Shown one piece after another: positions 54,323-62,376 of a DNA stretch of 64,000 nt. The DNA is from Candidatus Omnitrophota bacterium (lineage in GTDB: Bacteria; Omnitrophota; Gorgyraeia; Gorgyraeales; Gorgyraeaceae). How positions within the stretch are numbered: the first letter of the stretch is position 1; each line of letters starts with the position of its first letter. The translations under genes were made by a program, and so were the position numbers. The notes below the pieces were generated by a model. It worked only from the letters and a program-made list of their open reading frames with translations. It was not told the origin of the DNA and did not search any database. The DNA is taken from positions 39,984-103,983 of the forward strand of contig JBDRJN010000002.1 in assembly GCA_043814965.1 (NCBI GenBank), given 5' to 3'.

Positions 54323-55477
54323 ATGGCAAAAGACCCAGTATGCGGTATGGATGTGGATGTATCCAGGTCTTTAAAGCTTACAAAAAATAACGAGGTGTAT
54401 TATTTTTGCAGTAAGCATTGCCTTGAAAAATTTTTAGGCTCTAGAAATATAGCTGGCTCTCAACTAAAAGGTTGTATAGTTGAGAGCCAGTCAAAATGGT
54501 ACCATAATAGACTTTTTATCGCATCGCTGGTTTTGTTTTTTATATATAGCTTGTCTTTTATCCTGCCTATTCTAGCCCCATTCAGGGAAAATCTTATAAT
54601 GTATTTCAAAAAGATGTGGTGGGCTGTCTCGTTGGGCCTTATATTGGGCGGAGTCATAGACCATTTTATACCGAGAGAGTATGTTTCGCATATATTGTCA
54701 AAACCGCGTAAACGCACGATCCTGTATTCGGTCATACTTGGGTTTTTTATGAGCGCATGCAGTCATGGGATACTGGCTTTATCCATTGAGCTGCATAAAA
54801 AAGGCGCGTCCAATCCTGCGGTAGTCGCATTTTTACTCGCAAGTCCCTGGGCGAACCTGCCTCTTACAATAATGCTTCTGGCGTTTTTTGGCCTCAAGGC
54901 ATTGTATATAATAGTAGCTGCTGTGATAATAGCCATAACAACAGGCTTTATATACCAGGTCTTGGAGTCAAAGAACCTGATAGAGATAAATAAGAACATT
55001 TTAGAGACCAAAAAAGATTTTTCTATAGCCAAAGATATAAGAAGCAGGTTTTTCTCTCATAAATTTTCAATGGAAGACATCAAAGGTATATATAGAGGAA
55101 GTGTATCGTTAGCTAATATGGTGCTTTGGTGGATAATCATAGGCATGGTGTTCGCAAGCCTGGCCAGCAGCTATGTTCCCCGCAGTGTGTTCCAAAATTA
55201 TATGGGCCCAAGCATATTTGGCATGCTGGTTACCCTAACTGTTGCGACTATACTCGAGGTGTGTTCTGAAGGTACAGCGCCTTTGGCATTTGAGATATAT
55301 AGACAGACGCTCGCATTCGGTAATGCATTTGTGTTTTTAATGGCAGGGGTAGTGACTGACTATACAGAGATCGGGCTTTTGTATTTTAATGTAGGTAAAC
55401 GCGTTGCAATATTACTGCCTATAATAACAGTCCCCCAGGTAATAATCTTTGGTATAATAGCAAATAAGTTGTTCTGA
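54323..55477 (+). CDS. YHS/TRASH-domain-fused membrane permease (DUF318-like)
   Basis: N-terminal CGMDVD..YYFCSKHC (YHS/TRASH) followed by about 8 TM helices. Confidence 0.65.
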   Translation: MAKDPVCGMDVDVSRSLKLTKNNEVYYFCSKHCLEKFLGSRNIAGSQLKGCIVESQSKWYHNRLFIASLVLFFIYSLSFILPILAPFRENLIMYFKKMWWAVSLGLILGGVIDHFIPREYVSHILSKPRKRTILYSVILGFFMSACSHGILALSIELHKKGASNPAVVAFLLASPWANLPLTIMLLAFFGLKALYIIVAAVIIAITTGFIYQVLESKNLIEINKNILETKKDFSIAKDIRSRFFSHKFSMEDIKGIYRGSVSLANMVLWWIIIGMVFASLASSYVPRSVFQNYMGPSIFGMLVTLTVATILEVCSEGTAPLAFEIYRQTLAFGNAFVFLMAGVVTDYTEIGLLYFNVGKRVAILLPIITVPQVIIFGIIANKLF

Positions 55478-55594
55478 GGTTCTTAGGTTATTGAATCCAA
55501 GTTTAAAGTTGGCTGTCTATATTTTTATTGATTCATAGTTATAACTTGAAAAATAATACAATTTGCCTTAGTATAACATAAAAAGGAGAGTCGT

Positions 55595-56116
55595 ATGGCA
55601 GATGAGCGCAAGATCACGATCAAAGGAAATCCTCTTACTTTATTGGGCAGTGAGCTCGATGTAGGCGGAAAAGTTGCAAATTTTAAAGTATTGGATAGCG
55701 AGCTCAAGGAGGTATCTTCGGGAGATTTCTCTGGAAAGATAAAACTTATAGCTTCAGTCCCGTCCCTGGATACGCCTGTATGCGATACAGAGATAAAGCG
55801 TTTCAATGATGAGGCAAGTAAATCATCAAAGGACCTTGTCGTACTTTTTATATCAATGGATCTTCCTTTTGCGCAAAAAAGATTCTGCCAGATGAATAAT
55901 ATAAAAAATATAAAGACCTTATCTGACCATAGAGATGCTGATTTTGGCATGAAGTATGGGGTTCTTATAAAGGAGCTTAGGCTTCTAGCCAGGGCTATAT
56001 TTATAGTTGATAAAGATGATATATTAAGATATCATGAACTAGTAAAAGAGCTTTCATCCCCGCCGGATTATGATAAGGCATTGGGGGCTTTAAAGGCTGT
56101 AACAGCTAAAAAATAA
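55595..56116 (+). CDS. tpx: Thiol peroxidase (Tpx-type peroxiredoxin)
   Basis: SVPSLDTPVCDTE active-site context. 173 aa. Promoter-like TTGAAA..TAGTAT at 55520-55550. Confidence 0.8.
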   Translation: MADERKITIKGNPLTLLGSELDVGGKVANFKVLDSELKEVSSGDFSGKIKLIASVPSLDTPVCDTEIKRFNDEASKSSKDLVVLFISMDLPFAQKRFCQMNNIKNIKTLSDHRDADFGMKYGVLIKELRLLARAIFIVDKDDILRYHELVKELSSPPDYDKALGALKAVTAKK

Positions 56117-56131
56117 ACAGGAGGAGTAAAG

Positions 56132-56272
56132 ATGAAGAAATATAAATGCACAGTATGTGATTATATATATGACCCAAAGGAAAACGGCAATGTCGCGTTT
56201 AGTGATCTACCCGATGATTGGGTATGCCCTGAATGTGGTGTAGGAAAAGATATGTTCGAGGCGGAAGGTTAA
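56132..56272 (+). CDS. Rubredoxin (46 aa; below the ORF-track cutoff)
   Basis: Hand translation gives [46 protein letters not shown], with CxxC..CPxCG. SD GGAGGAG at 56119. Confidence 0.85.
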   Translation: MKKYKCTVCDYIYDPKENGNVAFSDLPDDWVCPECGVGKDMFEAEG

Positions 56273-56326
56273 AAATAGAGCAGTGAACTGATTTACAGCG
56301 CAGCTTCAGCAACTTAAGGATTCTAG

Positions 56327-56749
56327 ATGAAAGAAAAAAGTTTTGTCTGCCATGATTGTTTTAAATTAAAGAATTGCAAAGAATCAGGCCTATCATGGCT
56401 ATTCTTTTTTATTGCCTTAGTAGCTGTCATAGCATTGAGAGCAGTAAATCTAGTATTTGATTTTAACCCGTTATTCGCAAAATCTCTTTGGTATCTGGGC
56501 GTGACTGGTTTTTTTGTATTTTTTATATATAAATTCAGGTATGACCAGATACTGCATAAAGAACTTTATAAGACCAGGCTCAAAGACAAACTTCTCAATA
56601 AAGAAGACCTCACCGAGCATGACAAAGAAGTTCTTGGGACTATAGTATGTAAGTTGAGTTCGAGAAAGGATAAGATAAATTATTTTTTTATATTTGTGTC
56701 TTCTTTTTTAGCATTGGTCTTCGGAGTATACCTAGATTTTTTTAAATAA
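56327..56749 (+). CDS. Membrane protein with an N-terminal CxxC motif, function unknown
   Basis: CHDCFKLKNC followed by 3 TM helices. Confidence 0.4.
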   Translation: MKEKSFVCHDCFKLKNCKESGLSWLFFFIALVAVIALRAVNLVFDFNPLFAKSLWYLGVTGFFVFFIYKFRYDQILHKELYKTRLKDKLLNKEDLTEHDKEVLGTIVCKLSSRKDKINYFFIFVSSFLALVFGVYLDFFK

Positions 56750-56775
56750 AAAAGAAAGGAAAAAAAGGTGTCTAT

Positions 56776-57168
56776 ATGCCAGAAGCAAAATACACATGTA
56801 ATGATGATATCCTTTGCGGAGTAAATGTCCCTAAGGATAAAAACAACCTGGCTGACCTTGAGAAGAAACATTTACCTGTAATAGATAGCCCTGAAAAAGT
56901 GAAAAAGGATGGGGCCTTTGAGATCAAAATAGAAGTAGGCGGCATAGATGGAGTAATCCATCCTAACGAAGCAGCTCATTTTATTGAATGGATAGAACTA
57001 TACTGCGGAGATACATTTTTAGGCAGGTCATCTTTTAGCGGCGGAACTAGCTATGGCGTGGCAAGGTTTAAGGTAAGGTTAAGTCATACGCATGGCTCTA
57101 TAAAAGCCAGAGCAAAATGTAATCTTCACGGACTTTGGGAAAGCTCCAGGGATATCACTATAGAATAA
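56776..57168 (+). CDS. Superoxide reductase (1Fe-SOR/neelaredoxin-like)
   Basis: EKKHLPVID (compare the EKHVP motif). HPNEAAHFIEWIELYCGD..H ligand pattern. 130 aa. Confidence 0.65.
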   Translation: MPEAKYTCNDDILCGVNVPKDKNNLADLEKKHLPVIDSPEKVKKDGAFEIKIEVGGIDGVIHPNEAAHFIEWIELYCGDTFLGRSSFSGGTSYGVARFKVRLSHTHGSIKARAKCNLHGLWESSRDITIE

Positions 57169-57629
57169 TGCAGAAACTTACAGAAGGCGTAATCAGATTT
57201 TTTTATCACCAACCGTATACTGTTATCACTACTATAGATGGTAATGGCTATCCTCATAATTCTTGTAAAGGTATAGTAGATATTGAGAAAGACAATAAAG
57301 TATATTTGATAGACCTTTATAAGAAGAAGACTTATGAAAACCTTAGAGTCAACCCAAACATAAGCATCACTGCTGTAGATGAGCATAAGTTTATGGGTTT
57401 TTCTTTAAAGGGTAAGGGTAAACTGGTAGATATAGAAGCAGTTTCTGAAGACAGCCTCAAAAAATGGGAAGATAAGATACTTAAGAGAATATCCTATAGG
57501 CTTGTAAAGAACTTAAAAGGCGAAAAAGGGCATCCACGGCACCCAGAGTCGCTCTTACCAAAACCAGAATATCTTATTTTAGTAGAAGTCGAAGAAGTAA
57601 TAGACCTTACACCGCATAATATAAAATAA
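57169..57629 (+). CDS. Pyridoxamine-5'-phosphate-oxidase-like FMN-binding family protein (start adjusted)
   Basis: MQKLTEGVIRFFYHQPYTVITTIDGNGYPH. Start placed at ATG 57169, directly after the SOR stop. Confidence 0.45.
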
Positions 57630-57633
57630 AATC

Positions 57634-58536
57634 ATGCTAGACCTTATTATAATAGGCGCAGGGCCTGCAGGTATTACTGCATCGGTCTATGCAGCCAGGA
57701 AAAAAATGGATTTTCTTGTTATCTCAGAAGATATAGGAGGCCAGACTGCCTGGAGCGGAGACATAGAGAACTATACTGGGTATCAGTTTGTGAGCGGCCC
57801 TGAATTAGTCGCTAAGTTTGAAGAACATATGCGCAGCTACGGGACAAGCTTAAAAGAGAATGAAAGAGTTGAAGAAGTCAAAAAGCTGGACAATAGTATC
57901 TATATAAAGACCAATAAAGGAGAATATCATTCGAAGACAGCTATTATAGCATCCGGGAAACGCTCAAGAGAACTAGGTGTCAGTGGAGAAAAAGAATTCA
58001 AGAACAAGGGGCTTACGTATTGCGCGACCTGTGACGGCCCGCTCTTTGCAGGCAAGGATGTTGCGGTAATAGGCGGAGGGAATTCCGCGCTGGATGCAGC
58101 GCTGCAGCTAATCAGGATAGCAAGCCATGTATATATCATAAATATTGCTAAGGGCCTTACAGGCGATGCTATAATGCAGGAGAAATTAAGGCGGTCAAAG
58201 AATGTCACTATATTAAATGATACTAAGATCCAGTCTATATATGGAGAAAAGTTCGTAAATGGCATAAAGATAAAAAGTTCTTCTAAGGAAAAAGATATAA
58301 AAGTAGAAGGGATATTTGTAGAGATAGGCCTTATACCTAATTCTTTTTTTATAGATGGAGTAGAAAAGAACAAGGCTGGAGAGATAAAGGTAAATTCTTA
58401 TAACGAGACCAATATCCCAGGCATCTTTGCTGCAGGAGATGTCACAGATATACCTGAAAAACAGATCATAATAGCTGCAGGAGAAGGCGCGAAAGCAGCT
58501 CTTAGCGCCTTTAGATACCTATCGCGTCTTAAATAA
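57634..58536 (+). CDS. Thioredoxin-reductase-like pyridine nucleotide-disulfide oxidoreductase (second copy)
   Basis: IIIGAGPAGITAS and CATCDG. 300 aa. Confidence 0.75.
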   Translation: MLDLIIIGAGPAGITASVYAARKKMDFLVISEDIGGQTAWSGDIENYTGYQFVSGPELVAKFEEHMRSYGTSLKENERVEEVKKLDNSIYIKTNKGEYHSKTAIIASGKRSRELGVSGEKEFKNKGLTYCATCDGPLFAGKDVAVIGGGNSALDAALQLIRIASHVYIINIAKGLTGDAIMQEKLRRSKNVTILNDTKIQSIYGEKFVNGIKIKSSSKEKDIKVEGIFVEIGLIPNSFFIDGVEKNKAGEIKVNSYNETNIPGIFAAGDVTDIPEKQIIIAAGEGAKAALSAFRYLSRLK

Positions 58537-58551
58537 TTTTCTACTATACTG

Positions 58552-59190
58552 ATGAAACCTATAAAGATAAGAGTAGTAGAGATAATAAAGACCTTACGGA
58601 AATTATATCCAAAAAGCCGCACAGCTTTATGCTATAGGTCTCCTTTGGAGATACTTGTGGCGACTATACTTTCAGCTCAGTGTACGGATAAGAGAGTCAA
58701 TAAAGTTACCCCGGGCCTATTTAAAAAATATAAAAATGTATATGGTTTTTCCAGGGCTAAACAAGCTAGTCTTGAAAAAGATATCCACTCGTGCGGTTTT
58801 TTTAGATCTAAGGCAAAAAATATTATAGCCAGTTCCAGGAGGATCGTAGAAGTTTTCAGCGGAAAGGTCCCGGACACAATAGATGACCTATTGACCCTTC
58901 CGGGAGTTGCGCGTAAGACAGCAAATATAGTTTTATCGAGTGCGTTTAAAAAATCAGAAGGTATAGCAGTAGATACCCATGTAAAGAGGCTTTCCGGAAG
59001 ATTAGGCCTTAGTAAAAATCTCGATCCAAATAAGATCGAGGAGGACCTATTAAAAATAGTGCCTAAAAAATACTGGATAGATTTTAATTATATATTAGTG
59101 GACCATGGCCGCGCGATCTGTGATGCAAGGAAACCGCTATGCAGTGAATGCGCTATTAGGAAGCTTTGCCCCTCGCTTAATAAGATTTGA
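58552..59190 (+). CDS. nth: Endonuclease III
   Basis: HhH-GPD segment LPGVARKTANIVL and a [4Fe-4S] loop CDARKPLCSECAIRKLC. Confidence 0.85.
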   Translation: MKPIKIRVVEIIKTLRKLYPKSRTALCYRSPLEILVATILSAQCTDKRVNKVTPGLFKKYKNVYGFSRAKQASLEKDIHSCGFFRSKAKNIIASSRRIVEVFSGKVPDTIDDLLTLPGVARKTANIVLSSAFKKSEGIAVDTHVKRLSGRLGLSKNLDPNKIEEDLLKIVPKKYWIDFNYILVDHGRAICDARKPLCSECAIRKLCPSLNKI

Positions 59191-59220
59191 TTGTTAGGAT
59201 AGGTTCTTGGCTTATATTGT

Positions 59221-59340
59221 TTTTGATTTGGCGAGGTCTGAAAAAAGCCTTTTTATTTTGCGAAACCTATAGATCTTGCATTACATAATATACTGCCTGT
59301 CAAAATAAAACGTCTTTTTGAAGACCTTGCCGAATCAAAA
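59221..59340. repeat. Structured repeat element, copy B (same family as 3462-3633)
   Basis: Outer stem ttttgatttggcgaggtctgaaaaaagcc pairs with gtctttttgaagaccttgccgaatcaaaa. Conserved core AAAAAGCCTTTTTATTTTGCGAAAC..TGCCTGTCAAAATAAAACG with a compensatory G-to-A/C-to-T pair relative to copy A. Ends 44 nt before the radical SAM gene. Confidence 0.5.
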
Positions 59341-59383
59341 TATACTAGGAATAAATTTACGTCTTCGAATACTTTAAATTATT

Positions 59384-60391
59384 ATGTTAAAAGAAGCATT
59401 ATTATACGATAAGTTAAGTGATTCGAAAGTGCAGTGCATATTGTGCAGGCATAATTGCACTATATTACCTGGTGAATTCGGAATATGCGGGGTCAGGAAG
59501 AATATAGATGGAAAACTTTACACTTATGCTTTCGGCAGTGTAATAGCTAGCCATGTTGATCCTGTCGAGAAAAAGCCTTTATATCATTTTTTACCCGGCT
59601 CGATGTCTTTTTCCATAGCTACTATAGGGTGCAATTTTAAATGTTCTTTCTGCCAGAACCACGAGATATCCCAGCGCTCATTTAAAGATGGAGAAAATGA
59701 AGGATATGCGATGTCTCCCGAGGAAGTAGCAAAAGAGGCAAAGAAGAATAATTGTAAGAGTGTATCCTATACATATACAGAGCCGACAATATTTTTTGAG
59801 TATGCTTATGAGTGTAGTAAACTTGCTAAAAAAGCAGGGCTTAAGAATGTCTTTGTCACCAACGGTTATATGACTGAAAAAGCGCTTAATATGATATCTC
59901 CGTATCTAGATGCATGCAATGTAGACTTAAAGAGCTTTAATAAAGGTTTCTATAAAAATATATGCGGCGCTGACCTTGATGGTGTCTTGGATTCAATAAG
60001 GATAATGAAAAAACAAGGCATTTGGATAGAGATAACTACTTTGGTCGTGACAGGAGAGAATGACTCAGAAAAGGAACTCAAAGATGTAGCTCGTTTTATA
60101 TCCAGCTTGGATAAAAATATCCCATGGCATGTAAGTAGATATCACCCTGATTATAAATATGTCAAAGGTGGGCCTACTCCTATAGAGAGATTGCGATTAG
60201 CAAGATCCATAGGTGAAAACGCGGGTCTTAGATATATATATCTAGGTAATGTCCTTGAAGGAGGAAACACTTATTGTTATAATTGTAGGAAGCTTCTAGT
60301 AGAAAGAGAAACATTCAGCGTAAGAGAAGGCTATGTAAGACAAAATAAATGCCCCAATTGTTCTAAGGAAATAGAAGGGAGATGGCAATGA
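59384..60391 (+). CDS. AmmeMemoRadiSam-type (PFL-activase-like) radical SAM enzyme
   Basis: N-terminal CILCRHNC and GCNFKCSFCQNHEIS clusters. No AMMECR1 or Memo gene adjacent. Confidence 0.75.
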   Translation: MLKEALLYDKLSDSKVQCILCRHNCTILPGEFGICGVRKNIDGKLYTYAFGSVIASHVDPVEKKPLYHFLPGSMSFSIATIGCNFKCSFCQNHEISQRSFKDGENEGYAMSPEEVAKEAKKNNCKSVSYTYTEPTIFFEYAYECSKLAKKAGLKNVFVTNGYMTEKALNMISPYLDACNVDLKSFNKGFYKNICGADLDGVLDSIRIMKKQGIWIEITTLVVTGENDSEKELKDVARFISSLDKNIPWHVSRYHPDYKYVKGGPTPIERLRLARSIGENAGLRYIYLGNVLEGGNTYCYNCRKLLVERETFSVREGYVRQNKCPNCSKEIEGRWQ

Positions 60392-61488
60392 AAAAAGCTA
60401 TTCTTGGAAATTTGGCTGAGGCCGGACAAAGCGCTTGGCTTGATAATATCAATAGGTCCATGTTAGAGTCCGGCAAATTGTCGGGCTTAGTATATCTTGG
60501 ATTACGCGGTATGACATCTAACCCAGCTATATTTGATAAATCTATACGCTTAAGTGATGATTATGATAGATATATAGAGGAATTGGCAAATGCTGGAAAA
60601 AGCGCATTCGAGATATATGACGCATTGACTATAAAAGATGTGCAAGATGCATCGGATATATTTAAACCTGTATATGAGAAGACCAATAGAGTAGACGGAT
60701 ATGTGAGTTTAGAGGTAAACCCAAAATTAGCTTTTAATAAAGAAGAGACTATAAAAGACGCCCTAAGACTTCATAAAAGCGTAAATAGGGAAAACGTAAT
60801 GTTCAAAATACCTGCGACAGATGAGGGATGCGCTGCTATAGAAGAATTATTGGGGCAAGGCATCAACATAAATGCAACGCTTATATTTTCTAGAGCGCAG
60901 TATATAAAAGTAGCAGATAGTTTTATAAAAGGCATAAGGAGATTTTTAAAAAAGGGAGGAGATATAACTAAAGTTCATTCTGTGGCAAGTGTATTTGTAA
61001 GCCGCATAGATTCAACTATTGATAAATTACTTGATGAAAAAGATGCTAAAGGCCTAGAAGGAAAGGCTGCTGTAGCAAATTCCAGAGCGATATATAAAAG
61101 TTATCTTGAGATCTTCGGAGAAAAGGATTTTAAGAGCTTAAAAGAAAAAGGCGCTAATATACAAAGGGTCTTATGGGCATCTACCAGCACAAAGAACCCT
61201 AATTACAGTGACCTTAAATATGTAGAGGAGCTGATAGGAAAAGATACTGTAAATACAATGCCGGACAATACGCTTGATGCATTTTTGGATCATGGCAGCG
61301 TAAAAGATGCATTAAATGGAGATCTTAGTGAAGACGATATTGCCATAGAAGAGTTAAACAAACTAGGTATCAATGTAGATGATGTATGTTTAACTCTTCT
61401 AAAGGACGGCCTCACAGCATTTGAAAAATCGTTCGACGCGCTTTTATCTTCGATAGAAAATAAAATAAAGGATTTGTGTAGTATATGA
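60382..61488 (+). CDS. tal: Transaldolase
   Basis: GMTSNPAIF, VSLEV, FKIPAT, TLIFS and VFVSRID motifs. 368 aa. Confidence 0.8.
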   Translation: MAMKKAILGNLAEAGQSAWLDNINRSMLESGKLSGLVYLGLRGMTSNPAIFDKSIRLSDDYDRYIEELANAGKSAFEIYDALTIKDVQDASDIFKPVYEKTNRVDGYVSLEVNPKLAFNKEETIKDALRLHKSVNRENVMFKIPATDEGCAAIEELLGQGININATLIFSRAQYIKVADSFIKGIRRFLKKGGDITKVHSVASVFVSRIDSTIDKLLDEKDAKGLEGKAAVANSRAIYKSYLEIFGEKDFKSLKEKGANIQRVLWASTSTKNPNYSDLKYVEELIGKDTVNTMPDNTLDAFLDHGSVKDALNGDLSEDDIAIEELNKLGINVDDVCLTLLKDGLTAFEKSFDALLSSIENKIKDLCSI

Positions 61489-61631
61489 TATTAGGTATAC
61501 AAGATTCGACCTTTATAAATGCCCAGCCTATGGATGCGCTTGGAATAGAAGCGCGAGAGTCCAAGATCAAAGAAGCATCCCGGATAGCAATAGACCTAGC
61601 AAACAAGCTTTAGTGTTTAAGTAGAATTATA

Positions 61632-61683
61632 TTGACATTGTAAAGCAATCTGTTATAATTGATATTGAATTTCAATATCAATT
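61632..61683 (+). promoter_or_regulatory. fur-feoAB promoter with an overlapping Fur-box-like 13-1-13 palindrome
   Basis: TTGACA (61632-61637), 16 nt spacer, TATAAT (61653-61658). AATTGATATTGAA T TTCAATATCAATT (61657-61683) is a perfect inverted repeat overlapping the -10 and +1 region. Confidence 0.55.
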
Positions 61684-61696
61684 TAAATGGAGGCAC

Positions 61697-62146
61697 ATGA
61701 TGCCTAAAGAATTCGAGATATTTACCGATTACTTAAAGCAAAAAGACCTCAAGCTTACCAGCCAGAGAAAAGAGATCCTAGGCCAGTTCCTAAAGATAGA
61801 CAAACACCTGAGCGTTGAGGACCTGTATGATATTGTGAAGAAAAAAGACCCTTCCATAGGCCAGGCCACTGTATTTAGGACCATGAAGCTACTATGCGAA
61901 GCAGATATTGCAAAAGAGGTGACCCTAGGCGGAAAGATAGCAAGATATGAGCATAAATACGGCCACAAACACCACGACCACCTTATATGTACTGAGTGCA
62001 GGAGTTTTATAGAGGCAGTGGACCCTAGGATAGAAGAGCTTCAGGAAAAACTATGTAAAAAATTTGAATTTATATCAAAGCGCCACAAGATGGAGATATT
62101 TGGCCTGTGCAAAAAATGTGCTTCAAAGAAAGAGGTTAAAAAATGA
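61697..62146 (+). CDS. fur: Fur-family metalloregulator
   Basis: N-terminal DNA-binding helix (LKLTSQRKEIL). HHDHLICTEC and CKKC metal sites. Confidence 0.8.
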   Translation: MMPKEFEIFTDYLKQKDLKLTSQRKEILGQFLKIDKHLSVEDLYDIVKKKDPSIGQATVFRTMKLLCEADIAKEVTLGGKIARYEHKYGHKHHDHLICTECRSFIEAVDPRIEELQEKLCKKFEFISKRHKMEIFGLCKKCASKKEVKK

Positions 62147-62376
62147 TACTGGACCTTACGAAGTTAAGGCACGACGAAGAAGGAGTGATAGCTGAATTTG
62201 ATGGAGGAAGCGGTTTTTCTATGCGTATGGAAAAGATGGGCATAAGGACCGGTAAAAGGATAAAGAAGATAAGTAGTCATTTTTGGGGAGGCCCTCAGAC
62301 CATAGAGATAGATAAGGCGAGATTTGCTATTGGGCATGGTATGGCGAAAAAAGTTCTTGTAGAGGTAGATAGATGA
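62143..62376 (+). CDS. feoA: Ferrous iron transport protein A
   Basis: GVIAEFDGGSGFSMRMEKMGIRTGKRI is FeoA SH3-like. Overlaps the fur stop (ATGA). Confidence 0.8.
   Translation: MILDLTKLRHDEEGVIAEFDGGSGFSMRMEKMGIRTGKRIKKISSHFWGGPQTIEIDKARFAIGHGMAKKVLVEVDR

Noticed and set aside
61412-61606. 64-aa minus-strand ORF after the transaldolase gene
   Set aside because: It overlaps the transaldolase 3' end and an imperfect hairpin, and no domain was recognised.
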